Shown: positions 46,584 to 56,405 of the stretch, one piece after another | Layout of the letters: each line of letters starts with the position of its first letter | Position numbering within the stretch: the first letter of the stretch is position 1 | Origin: a virus | Taxonomy: Duplodnaviria; Caudoviricetes | Direction: 5' to 3' (one strand) | Length of the DNA: 64,000 nt | Virus record (IMG/VR): IMGVR_UViG_2838247499_000001 | Coordinates: 10,120 to 74,119 of that record | The notes under the pieces: model-generated | Told to the model about the DNA's origin: nothing | Database searches by the model: none | The model's input: only the letters and a program-made list of their open reading frames with translations | Translations under genes and position numbers: made by a program

Positions 46584-47834
46584 ATGTTCAAGACCTACAC
46601 CGGTTGGCAGTGGCTGCTCATCGACGCGGCCAACAACTTTGGCCACGACAAGATGCTCTTTGAGGAGCGCATCGACTGGGCCACCAACAACCTCACCCAG
46701 CTGGAGGCCATCGCCGACCAGGCTGAAACCCAGCCGCTGTACCGCAAGGCGGTGCTGGCCATCCGCAAGGCCATGCGTCACGAGCCCACCGGCCACATGG
46801 TGGGCGTGGATGCGACCTGCTCGGGCATCCAGATCATGTCGGTGCTCACCGGCTGCATCGCCGGCGCGGAGTCCACTGGCCTGGTCAACCCCAACGAGCG
46901 GGCCGACGCCTACTCCAAGACCACCCGCGTGATGAACGAGCTGCTGGCCACCCAGGGCCTGTCCGTCGACGTTCCCCGCGGGGATGCCAAGACGGCCCTC
47001 ATGACGAGCTTCTACGGCTCCAAGCGCCAGCCGAAGGACATCTTCGGCGAGGACACGCCCGAGCTGGAGGCCTTCTACCAGGCCGCCATGGTCGTGGCAC
47101 CGGGCGCCTGGACGCTGCTGCAGGACCTGCTGGCCAGCTGGCAGCCCTTCGCCCTGCAGCACGCCTGGAAGCTGCCTGATGGCTACGACGCCCGCGTCCG
47201 GGTCATGAAGAAGCGCGAGGTTCGCATCGAGGTCGACGAGCTCGATCACGCCAGCTTCACCTACGAGTTCTACGAGAACGAAGGTGAGCGCAAGGGCCTG
47301 GCCAACGCCGCCAACGTCACGCACAGCATGGACGCCTACGTCCTGCGCGAGATGCACCGGCGCTGTAACTACGACCGGGAGGTCGTCAACCGCGCCAGCG
47401 TGCTGATCGACACCGAGCTGGCCGTGCGCTCCATGGGCGTGACCCGCGACGAGCGGATCCCCGATGGCAAGGCCGGCTACTACGTGCAGCAGTACCTGCG
47501 CAGCACGCACGCCAGCGCCGTGATCCTGCCTCACCTGAACGCCGACAACGTGCAGGTGCTGAGCCAGGACCACCTGGAGGCACTGCAGCACATGTGCAAC
47601 GGCATGCTCCAGTACCGCCCGTTCCCGCTGGTGACGGTTCACGATGAGTTCAAGGCTCACGCGAACAACATCAACTGGGTGCGCTGGCAGTACCGCGAGA
47701 TCCTCGCCGAGATCGCTGACTCCAACGTCCTGGAAGACCTGCTGGGTCAGATCCATGGCTGCCCGATCAGCATCAACAAGCTGTCGTTCAACCTGGCTGA
47801 CCTCATCCGCCAATCCAACTACGCACTCTGCTAG
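46584..47834 (+). CDS. RNA polymerase II subunit 2 (N4 gp16-like)
   Basis: DATCSGIQ (A), RGDAKTALMTSFYG (B), ANVTHSMDA, VHDEF (C). Confidence 0.93.
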   Translation: MFKTYTGWQWLLIDAANNFGHDKMLFEERIDWATNNLTQLEAIADQAETQPLYRKAVLAIRKAMRHEPTGHMVGVDATCSGIQIMSVLTGCIAGAESTGLVNPNERADAYSKTTRVMNELLATQGLSVDVPRGDAKTALMTSFYGSKRQPKDIFGEDTPELEAFYQAAMVVAPGAWTLLQDLLASWQPFALQHAWKLPDGYDARVRVMKKREVRIEVDELDHASFTYEFYENEGERKGLANAANVTHSMDAYVLREMHRRCNYDREVVNRASVLIDTELAVRSMGVTRDERIPDGKAGYYVQQYLRSTHASAVILPHLNADNVQVLSQDHLEALQHMCNGMLQYRPFPLVTVHDEFKAHANNINWVRWQYREILAEIADSNVLEDLLGQIHGCPISINKLSFNLADLIRQSNYALC

Positions 47835-48007
47835 GAGAACCAGTGAACCCGATCGACTACCTCAAGAGCCTGATCGCAGGCCAACAAGGCAGCAGCACTC
47901 CAGTGCAGCTGTCCGAGCTGCAGCTGCTGCTGAGGCTCATGGAAGCACAGCAGAACAGCCGACAGTAGAACCACACGCGCCCTCCGGGCGCCCCCACGAG
48001 TGGGGAG

Positions 48008-48050
48008 AGCCGACAGATCCATCCAACAGGGTGGGCCTGTCGGCTTTTTT
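48008..48050 (+). terminator. Rho-independent terminator
   Basis: agccgacag / ctgtcggct stem followed by T run. Confidence 0.65.
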
Positions 48051-48088
48051 CATTCGGCCCCACCAACCCACACCCCTCGAACCAGACC

Positions 48089-48478
48089 ATGCTGACCACC
48101 ATCGTCAAGAACCTCACCGCCCTGCAGAAGGACCAGATCGTCCAGATCTACCGCAGCAAGCAGAAGACCATCAAGGACATCGCCAAGGACTTCGACACCA
48201 GCCCCCGCACCATCGGCCGCGTGCTCGAAGAACGTGGCCTGGCCACCCCGGTGCCGCGCCTGAAGGGCGAGGCCTACCGCGTGATGAAGGTGCTCGAAGG
48301 CGCCGGCATCGGCGTCGACGACCTCATCAAGATCATCGCCCAGTGCAAGCCCGGCGAGGCCCCGATGCCCATCAGCGGCCACTTCTCCCGGGACCTGGCC
48401 GAGCTGTACCGCCGTCACCCGGTCATCAAGCCCCACCCGAGCCAGCCCTTCCTGCGCAACCCGGCACTCGCAGCCTGA
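48089..48478 (+). CDS. HTH DNA-binding protein
   Basis: TIKDIAKDFDTSPRTIGRVL helix-turn-helix. Confidence 0.75.
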   Translation: MLTTIVKNLTALQKDQIVQIYRSKQKTIKDIAKDFDTSPRTIGRVLEERGLATPVPRLKGEAYRVMKVLEGAGIGVDDLIKIIAQCKPGEAPMPISGHFSRDLAELYRRHPVIKPHPSQPFLRNPALAA

Positions 48479-48484
48479 ACCAGC

Positions 48485-48670
48485 ATGCACCAACCCCTCC
48501 CGCCGATGCCCATGGCGCTGTTCCCCACCATGGGCAGCTTGCAGGAGGTGCTGGATCTCGCCGAGTCGCGCCTGCCCCTCACCTCCAAGAACGACGTCAC
48601 CACCCTGCTGATGACGTACCACAACACCCTGCTCAGCGAGCTGGCGAAGCACCAGTGCATGTCGGCCTGA
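48485..48670 (+). CDS. Small conserved-looking hypothetical protein
   Basis: LFPTMGSL...LMTYHNTLL. Confidence 0.65.
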   Translation: MHQPLPPMPMALFPTMGSLQEVLDLAESRLPLTSKNDVTTLLMTYHNTLLSELAKHQCMSA

Positions 48671-48711
48671 GCTGAACCAAGACAGACAACCTCTCCGAGG
48701 ACACAACCACC

Positions 48712-49728
48712 ATGCAAGTGAAGATCAGCCAGGCGGTCAAGATGATCACCGCCATCATCAAGGCCAAGCTCGTGGCCATGCTCAAGAGCTCACCCGGCCT
48801 GGGCAAGAGCAGCGTCGTCCGCCAGATCGCCGCCATGTACGGCCTGAAGGTCATCGACCTGCGTCTCTCGCAGTGCGATCCGACCGACCTGCTGGGCTTC
48901 CCGACCATCAACAAGGACGGCCGCGCCGGCTACGCCCCCATGGACACGTTCCCCATCGAGGGCGACGAGATCCCCAAGGGCTACAACGGCTGGCTGCTGT
49001 TCCTGGACGAGTTCAATTCGGCCAGTCCGGCAGTCCAGGCCGCGGCCTACAAGGTCGTGCTCGACCGCATGGTGGGCATCCACAACCTGCACCCCAACCT
49101 GGCCATCGTGTGCGCCGGCAACCTGGAGAGCGACGGCGCCATCGTCAACCCGATGTCCACCGCGCTGCAGTCGCGCATCGTCCACCTCGAGCTCGTGCTC
49201 GACAACGAGGAGTGGCTGGCCTGGGCCGCATCGGAGAAGCTGGATCACCGCATCCTCGACTTCATCCGCTTCAAGCCGGGCGACCTCTACAACTTCACGC
49301 CGGACCACACGGACGTCACCTACGCCTGCCCGCGCACCTGGGAGTTCGCCAACCGCATCGTCGGCGTGTCCGACATCACCGACCACGACACGCTGCCCAT
49401 GCTGGCCGGTGCCCTGGGTGAAGGCGTGGCCCGCGAGTTCATCACGTTCTGCAAGATCTACGAGCACGTGCCCAAGCCCGCGCAGATCATGGCCAACCCG
49501 GAAGGTGTGCCGGTGCCGGCCGAACCCAGCTACCTGTACGCGCTGACGGGCACCCTGAGCCACAACGCCAACGAGTCGAACTTCGGCCAGCTGATGAAGT
49601 TCATCAAGCGCATGCCGGCCGAGTTCCAGGTGGTCACCCTGAAGGACACCGTCCGCCGCAACAAGACGATGCTCCAGCACTCGTCGATGCGTGAGTGGGT
49701 AGCCACCTCCGCGGTCGAGCTGTTCTAA
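48712..49728 (+). CDS. MoxR-like AAA+ ATPase (N4 gp24-like)
   Basis: SSPGLGKS, LLFLDE, AGN, ALQSR, PRTW. Confidence 0.88.
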   Translation: MQVKISQAVKMITAIIKAKLVAMLKSSPGLGKSSVVRQIAAMYGLKVIDLRLSQCDPTDLLGFPTINKDGRAGYAPMDTFPIEGDEIPKGYNGWLLFLDEFNSASPAVQAAAYKVVLDRMVGIHNLHPNLAIVCAGNLESDGAIVNPMSTALQSRIVHLELVLDNEEWLAWAASEKLDHRILDFIRFKPGDLYNFTPDHTDVTYACPRTWEFANRIVGVSDITDHDTLPMLAGALGEGVAREFITFCKIYEHVPKPAQIMANPEGVPVPAEPSYLYALTGTLSHNANESNFGQLMKFIKRMPAEFQVVTLKDTVRRNKTMLQHSSMREWVATSAVELF

Positions 49729-49841
49729 GCCCCCACCGCTACCACCACCGTTCCCTCCATCACCCAAGCACCACCCCGGAGGTTCCCTTGATCCAGATCC
49801 ATGGGACCTCCCGGTCCCGCTTCACCATCCCCCTGCCCACC

Positions 49842-51022
49842 ATGAAATTCCTCCGCAAACCCACCGCCGAAGACCTGGCCGCCAAGCAGCTGGCCGAGCA
49901 CAAGCGTCGCCTGCTGGAAGCCAAGGCCAACGCCACCTGGGCCTCCAAGATGGTCGAGTACCACGAGGAGTGCATCGCCGAGCTGGAACAGTCGGCCAGC
50001 AAGGCCTGACATGGGTGACCGCACCTACGTCAACCTGTACGTGCCACGGGAGCTTGGGCCTCAAGCCAGGGACCTGCTCGACGGCTTCAGCGAAGACGAC
50101 GAGCGGGATACCAACCTGTGGTGGTTCAGCTTCGAGGAAGTCAACTACGGCGAGCTCGACAGAGGCGATCAGCAAGCCCTCATCGACGCCGGCATCGCCT
50201 ACGACATGGGGTGGGAAGCCGGCAGTGAGTACGGTGCAGGCACCAAGTCCGTTCGCTTCACCCCCGATGGCGAGCTCGAGGTCAAGGAGGTCTACGACGA
50301 GAACCTCGGCGTGTACCTGGATGACCTGCTCAAGGTCATCGACGACCACGAGCAGCTCAAGGCCGTGATCCTCAAGCACAAGGAACGCACCGTGCCCCGA
50401 GATTGGGAGAACCAAGTCGAGTACGGGAAGCTGTACCTGGCTCGCCAGCTCATCGCACCGAAAGGAGCAACCACACCATGACCGTCAAGACCACAGGCCT
50501 GCAGTACAAGGCCTTCATCAAGTCCCAGGACCCCGCGTTCTGGCCCGAAGGTGCCTGGATGGACGACGCCGAGGTCGTCGTCGATGGCCGGCCCTGGAAC
50601 GGCGATGTCGACGAAGACCAGATCAGCGACACCGCCGAGGTGAGAGTCACCGGTGGCGTCGTCTTCCTGTCGGAGGACGCCGATGACGGCCCCTCCGTGG
50701 AGGCCCACCTCAAGCGCTGGCTCAAGGCCCAGACCACCATGGTCGTGATGGTCGAGATCGACAAGGTCCACAAGCAGGCGCTGTGCGAGTGCCTGGCCAA
50801 GATGCCCTTCAAGGCCAAGGTGCTCACATGAGCAACACCCGCTCCATCCCCCGCCTGCTGACCGCGGCCGCGACCGCACTGGCTGCCCTGGCCACGCCGG
50901 CCGTCGCCGAAGTCCCCCGGGCTGCGCCGCGCAAGCTGCCTGCCCTGGTCACCGCCAACCCCTGGTTCGGCAAGGGCGGGAAGAAGCGCGCGCAGTGGAA
51001 GTCCGAGGTGGGCCGGCGCTGA
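49842..51022 (+). CDS. Four small hypothetical ORFs (49842-50009, 50011-50481, 50478-50831, 50828-51022)
   Basis: Coupled ORFs with phage codon use. Confidence 0.65.
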
Positions 51023-51386
51023 GCAGTAGCTGAGCTCAGGCGCAGTCCCTGCGCGCCCACGACTCCCGAGAGTCCAGACCACAGATCGACCATGGAGAAC
51101 CCCATGAACAGCATATAGCTGCGGCCCGCTCAGGGCCAACGCAACCCGACCAGCAAACCCTCGCGCACCTGTCGCATATGAGGGTCGAACCAGGCGCCGC
51201 ACTGAGCTCTTAGAGCACCAACCACCGCGCCGTTGACCTCGCACCTGGCTGCCCACATCGCAGCAGTCCAGGAGCCGTCCGGGCGCCATCTGAGACACGA
51301 GCAGTCGCTGCAGCACTGCCTTGATCTTGATGCCGACCCGGACGTAAAGCTCCCCCCACTGAACCAGCTGCATACAACGATCACAC

Positions 51387-51408
51387 AGAGGCCATGGGCC
51401 TCTTTTTT
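51387..51408 (+). terminator. Rho-independent terminator
   Basis: agaggcc-atg-ggcctct followed by T run. Confidence 0.6.
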
Positions 51409-51428
51409 CATTGCGGAGAAGGAATCCC

Positions 51429-52604
51429 ATGACCAGCACCACGGCCATCAACAAGGCCACCAACGCAGCTGCCAGCACGCAGCGCGCACGGGCCTACCAG
51501 CCCACTCCCGAGGAGTCCAAGGCGCTGTCGAAGGCCAAGATCCAGCTGATGCGCAAGCCCGACAGCGTGTTCTTCACCACGCTGTGCTTCAGCCTGCGCC
51601 ACGTCTTCGACCCGACAGTCCCCACGGCCTGCACCAACGGCCGGCAGATCCGCATCAGCCCCCGCTACTTCATGGGGCTGAGCCTGGAGCTGCAGATCAG
51701 CCTGCTGATCCACGAGACGATGCACTGCGCCTACATGCACATGGGGCGCCTGGCCGGCCGGGACCCGCTTCGCTGGAACTACGCCACGGACTACGTCATC
51801 AACCTGCAGCTGCACGAGCGCGGCTTCCACATCGGCCCCGGCTGGCTGCTCGACACGAAGTACGCCGGCATGAGCGCCGACGAGGTCTACAAGCTCCTGG
51901 AGGACGAAGACCTCGAGATGCTGGGCAACCCCATCGGGGGCGACCTCGAGGAGCCCACCGAGGACCCGGACCTGGAGAAGGACATCACCGACATCGTGGT
52001 GCGTGCGCGCATCCAGTCCAAGATGTCCAACGACAAGCCGGGCACCATCCCCGGCGACATCGAGCTCCTGCTCGACAAGATCCTCAACCCCAAGCTGCCC
52101 TGGCAGCGCATCCTGCAGAAGTACCTGCAGAAATTCAACAAGTCGGACTACTCGTTCCGCCGCCCCAACCGCAGGTTTTTCCCGAAACACCACCTGCCGA
52201 GTTTGTGGGGTGAATCTCTCATCGACCTGGCCGTTGCCGTGGATATTTCCGGATCAGTTTCGGACGAAGAATTCAACCGCTTCGTTTCCGAGATTGCCGG
52301 GATTCTCCGCATGATGATGCCGGAGAAAATCACGCTGATTCAGTTCGACACCAATCTCAAATCGGTGGACGTCGTCAAGAACGTATTGGAACTGGTCAAC
52401 GTGCCATTTACCGGCCGCGGCGGCACCAAGATTCAGCCGGTGATGGAGTGGTGCGAGAAGAATAACCCGCAGTGCCTGATGGTATTCACCGATGGGGAAT
52501 TCCGATTCCCACTCAATACCCTGCGCACGGATACCGTCTGGCTCATCCACAACAACCCCGGCTGGAAAGCCCCCTGGGGCAAGACCATCCACTACCAGGT
52601 CTAA
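51429..52604 (+). CDS. HExxH metallopeptidase-like plus VWA protein (N4 gp25 / DUF2201-like)
   Basis: HETMH, DISGS MIDAS motif, GRGGT, FTDG. Confidence 0.88.
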   Translation: MTSTTAINKATNAAASTQRARAYQPTPEESKALSKAKIQLMRKPDSVFFTTLCFSLRHVFDPTVPTACTNGRQIRISPRYFMGLSLELQISLLIHETMHCAYMHMGRLAGRDPLRWNYATDYVINLQLHERGFHIGPGWLLDTKYAGMSADEVYKLLEDEDLEMLGNPIGGDLEEPTEDPDLEKDITDIVVRARIQSKMSNDKPGTIPGDIELLLDKILNPKLPWQRILQKYLQKFNKSDYSFRRPNRRFFPKHHLPSLWGESLIDLAVAVDISGSVSDEEFNRFVSEIAGILRMMMPEKITLIQFDTNLKSVDVVKNVLELVNVPFTGRGGTKIQPVMEWCEKNNPQCLMVFTDGEFRFPLNTLRTDTVWLIHNNPGWKAPWGKTIHYQV

Positions 52605-52623
52605 ACCTGCGCCGAGATACTCC

Positions 52624-52974
52624 ATGAATTACCAGGACGCCAAGAAACTCGTGAAGGCCCACAAGGCCCGGGAGAATTACATGCTGATCCAGCTGGAGAG
52701 TATGACCAGCTGCGAGAAGCTGGTTCTCCCCTATAAGGCGGGCCTGGCGTTCATCGAGGCTTTAGGCCAGGTGGAGCAATGGTCCCACAACTATGGCACC
52801 GACCATAGGCTGGAGGGTATCTCGCCGAATTTCGCCAAGTTCTCGGTAATGCCCGCCGAGGAGTATGACCGCCTGCGAATGGCGATTCTCCTAGGAGTTA
52901 CTCCCCAAGAACTCAAGGATGCCGAGACAGCCGGCAGAACCGACCAACTCGGAAACCAAATCAATACCCCATGA
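52624..52974 (+). CDS. Hypothetical protein
   Basis: ORF coupled to helicase. Confidence 0.65.
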   Translation: MNYQDAKKLVKAHKARENYMLIQLESMTSCEKLVLPYKAGLAFIEALGQVEQWSHNYGTDHRLEGISPNFAKFSVMPAEEYDRLRMAILLGVTPQELKDAETAGRTDQLGNQINTP

Positions 52975-54227
52975 CCGCCGTCGCAGAACTCACTCTGACC
53001 CAGGACCAGCAATCCGCCCTGGACGCCTTCTTCAAGTTTCTCAGCGACCCGCTGGAAACTGTGTTCGTGCTGTCCGGATATTCCGGCTGCGGCAAGAGCA
53101 CCCTCGTCCACAATCTCCTGGATCGGCTGCCCGATTACCAGAAGACCCTGCAGCTCATCAGCCCCGATTTCCCCGTGTGGGATATGGCGCTGACGGCCAC
53201 CACCAACAAGGCCGCGGAGAATCTCGCGCTGATCACCGGCCACGAAGTGAAAACCATTCACTCGTACCTGGGCCTGCGCGTGAGCACCAATTTCAAGACG
53301 GGCGAAACCGAGCTGGCCACCTCGCGCAGTACCGTCAAGAAATCCCGCGTCATTCTGTTCATCGACGAGGCGAGCTATATCGACTCGGCCCTCCTGAAAC
53401 TCATTTTCGAGTGGACGGAAAACTGCAAGATCGTTTTCATCGGCGACCCTGCGCAACTCACGCCGGTGAAGGCCACGGGTACTCCGGTATTCGATGCGGG
53501 ATTCAATGGCGCCGCCCTGAAACAGGTGGTCCGCCAGGCCGCGGGAAACCCCATCGTGGATCTCTCCACGAAATTCCGCAATACCGTCGAGACGGGTGAG
53601 TTCTTCAGTTTCAAACCCGATGGCAACGCGGTGGTGTATCTCGATCGAGATGCATTCAACGCCGCGGTGCTGAAGGAATTCACTCGCCCGGACTGGCGTT
53701 ACCGAGATTCCAAGATTCTCGGGTGGACCAACAAGCTCGTGATCGCCTACAACGCCTTCGTGCGTGAGCACGCCAAGGGCGATCCGCAGCTGCAGGCCGG
53801 CGACTACGCCATCGTCAACAGCTTCTGCCAGGTCGGCAAGCAGACCCTCAAGACGGACCAGCTGGTGCAGATCTCCAGCATCAGCGAGGACACCGAGTGC
53901 CACGGCGTCCAGGGCCGCTGGTTCACCTGCGACGGCCGCATCGAGGCCTTCATGCCCAACAGCCTGGAGGCCAAGAACGGCCGCCTGAAGACCGCTCGTG
54001 CCAACGACGAGTACCCGGTCATGCAGGACATCGAACAGTCCTGGATCGACCTGCGCGCCGCCTTCGCCCAGACCATCAACAAGGCCCAGGGCTCCACCTA
54101 CGACGAGGTCTACATCGACCTCGACGACGTCCGCCGCTGCAACAGCGGTGACCAGATCGCCCGAATGCTCTACGTGGGCGTCAGCCGGGCCAGAAACCGG
54201 GTCTATTTGACCGGCGACCTAGCCTGA
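52971..54227 (+). CDS. Dda/RecD-like SF1B DNA helicase
   Basis: GYSGCGKS, IDEAS, GDPAQL, TINKAQGSTY, YVGVSRA. Confidence 0.92.
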   Translation: MTAVAELTLTQDQQSALDAFFKFLSDPLETVFVLSGYSGCGKSTLVHNLLDRLPDYQKTLQLISPDFPVWDMALTATTNKAAENLALITGHEVKTIHSYLGLRVSTNFKTGETELATSRSTVKKSRVILFIDEASYIDSALLKLIFEWTENCKIVFIGDPAQLTPVKATGTPVFDAGFNGAALKQVVRQAAGNPIVDLSTKFRNTVETGEFFSFKPDGNAVVYLDRDAFNAAVLKEFTRPDWRYRDSKILGWTNKLVIAYNAFVREHAKGDPQLQAGDYAIVNSFCQVGKQTLKTDQLVQISSISEDTECHGVQGRWFTCDGRIEAFMPNSLEAKNGRLKTARANDEYPVMQDIEQSWIDLRAAFAQTINKAQGSTYDEVYIDLDDVRRCNSGDQIARMLYVGVSRARNRVYLTGDLA

Positions 54228-54240
54228 TAATCCGGCAGTA

Positions 54241-54774
54241 ATGCCGCGGGAAATCATGTCGGAAACCCTTCAACACGACCCGAGAACCAAGCAGCAAATC
54301 AAGGATGCGCTGTACGAGTATCTCTACGCCCCGATCCAGAAGCGATTCAAGGATCGGCTTGACCAACTCATTGTGAAGAATGCCGTGCTCTGCGGATATT
54401 CCCACAAGAGTTTCATGTACCGGAACATCCTCTACAACTGCGATACCTCGCCGTTGCCCAAGAAGATGAACCGGCTGGCGCCGGCGTTGCAGCCCGACAT
54501 GAACGAGTATCTCCGGGACCTGAAGGAGCTCAATGAAAAGGAGCTCCCTTATGTCCTGGGGTATATCAATCAGGTCCTGAATTCCAGTAATGACCTGTGC
54601 GATTACCTGCGGCTGCTGCCGGCCTCGGTACATTCTCCGGTCGAAGCCCTGATTGCCACCTGCCCCTGCCGCGGGAAGAAACTCCCCGAGGAGGCGGTGC
54701 AGTTACTCCAGAAAAAGAACCAGGCGCCCATCGACTTGATGAAACAGCGCATGGTGACCAACCTCATCATTTGA
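54241..54774 (+). CDS. Hypothetical protein (N4 gp38-like position)
   Basis: Synteny between helicase and polymerase. Confidence 0.7.
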   Translation: MPREIMSETLQHDPRTKQQIKDALYEYLYAPIQKRFKDRLDQLIVKNAVLCGYSHKSFMYRNILYNCDTSPLPKKMNRLAPALQPDMNEYLRDLKELNEKELPYVLGYINQVLNSSNDLCDYLRLLPASVHSPVEALIATCPCRGKKLPEEAVQLLQKKNQAPIDLMKQRMVTNLII

Positions 54775-54782
54775 GCCAGATA

Positions 54783-55451
54783 ATGGACAAAGCCACGATC
54801 GAGAGATTCGAGCGAGATATTGCGAAGCACGAGATTCAGGTATTGCTGGACGACGGCAATACTCGTCGAGTGCTTTTCAAGAAACCCGGCAGCTGGGATA
54901 TGCATTTCCAGCTGGTGACCTGGCCCGGGTATCTCTGCTTCACGGGCGACATGGGCACCTACGTGTTCCAGCGGCTGGACGACATGTTCAAGTTCTTCCG
55001 CAAGGAGCCGCGACCCGGCCGGCACCTGTTCGACTCGATCGACCGGCGCTACTGGGCCGAGAAGTGCGAGGCCGCCGACAAGACCGATGGCATCCGCGAG
55101 TGGAGCCCCGAGCTGTTCCACAAGCACATGACCCGCATGCGCCGGCAGATGGTGGTCGAGCACGGCCGGGACCTCGGCCTGGACAAGGAACAGCGCACCG
55201 ACCTGTGGAACGAGCTGGGCTGGCTGCTCAACAGCCACGACGAGCACGAGGCCTACGAGGCCATGCGCAACTTCTCCTGGCGCCCGCGGGGTGTCTCCCT
55301 GCGCGAGGACGTCGTCCTGCCCCTGTGGGACGGCTTCCCCGACTGCAAGACCTACACCTTCCGCTTCGACTGGTGCTGCATGGCGCTGGCATGGGGCATC
55401 AACGAGTACGACAAGTTCAAGGCACAAGCCAATGCAGCAACGCAACCCTGA
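54783..55451 (+). CDS. Hypothetical phage protein
   Basis: VTWPGYLCFTGDMGTYVF, YWAEK. Confidence 0.7.
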   Translation: MDKATIERFERDIAKHEIQVLLDDGNTRRVLFKKPGSWDMHFQLVTWPGYLCFTGDMGTYVFQRLDDMFKFFRKEPRPGRHLFDSIDRRYWAEKCEAADKTDGIREWSPELFHKHMTRMRRQMVVEHGRDLGLDKEQRTDLWNELGWLLNSHDEHEAYEAMRNFSWRPRGVSLREDVVLPLWDGFPDCKTYTFRFDWCCMALAWGINEYDKFKAQANAATQP

Positions 55452-56380
55452 TCTCCAGCCCTGCCGCAGCCCCTACTGCGAGTGCAGCCAAGACCAGTGC
55501 GCCCGCACCGGCTTCTACGACGCGCGCAGCGAGCCGCGGCCCAGCGACGTCATCACCCCGGGCGGCGGCCTCCCCGGTGACCACAACGGCGTGAAGGCCG
55601 CCCAGCGCTGCGACTGGGACGACTGGAAGCCCTCCAAGGACCTGACATGAGTCTCCTCCCTATCGAGCAGATCAACGCACTGCCTGAAGCCGCGGGCTGG
55701 TGGCCCACTGGACTGAACGATCGCATCGTCCGGCTCATCCGGGCTGTCGAGCGCAAGCACCTCGAAGCCGAAGCCTCGTTCCGTGTCGCGGTGATCGACC
55801 AGCTGGTCATCCACCACATCTACAACGCCAGCCACGACAGCGACCCGCGCAAGGCCCTCACGGACCTGCTGCAGATCAACCAGGACATCGCCCTGGATCC
55901 GGCTGTCAGCAGCGCGGCGCAGGCGCTCATCGAGCGCGGCCGCGCAGAAGCCGGCCAGGACTCCCAGCGCCTGGAGAAGCTGACCTCCAAGCTCGACTGG
56001 GATGGCTACGGCTATTGGTTCCCCGACCGGTGCGTCAAGTTCGAGCAGGTCGACCACGTTCCGCCCCCTACGCTCGATGAGCTGCGCGCCTTCATCGACA
56101 AGCTGCCATGAGCCAGGCCCAGGATCTTCAGCTGGGCCAGCAGCTCTACGAGGCCTCCGGCCTCTCTCACGCCCCTCCCTGGGCCATGTTGGGCGACATC
56201 ACCAAGCAGGTGTGGGTCGAGAAGGCGCAGCGCAAGCGCGCCGGCGACCCCGACTGGTACAGCTACCTGCCTCCCGAGACGACCGAGCCCGTGCTCAGTC
56301 CCCTGTTCGAGCCCTGCTGCGCCAACGAACGACGGTCCATGGCAGGCGGTTGCCTCAACTGCGGCGACCCATGTCTGTGA
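55432..56380 (+). CDS. Three small hypothetical ORFs (55432-55650, 55647-56111, 56108-56380)
   Basis: Coupled ORFs; first and third are Cys-rich. Confidence 0.6.
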
Positions 56381-56405
56381 CCTGAACCAAGAAAGACGAT
56401 CCCCC

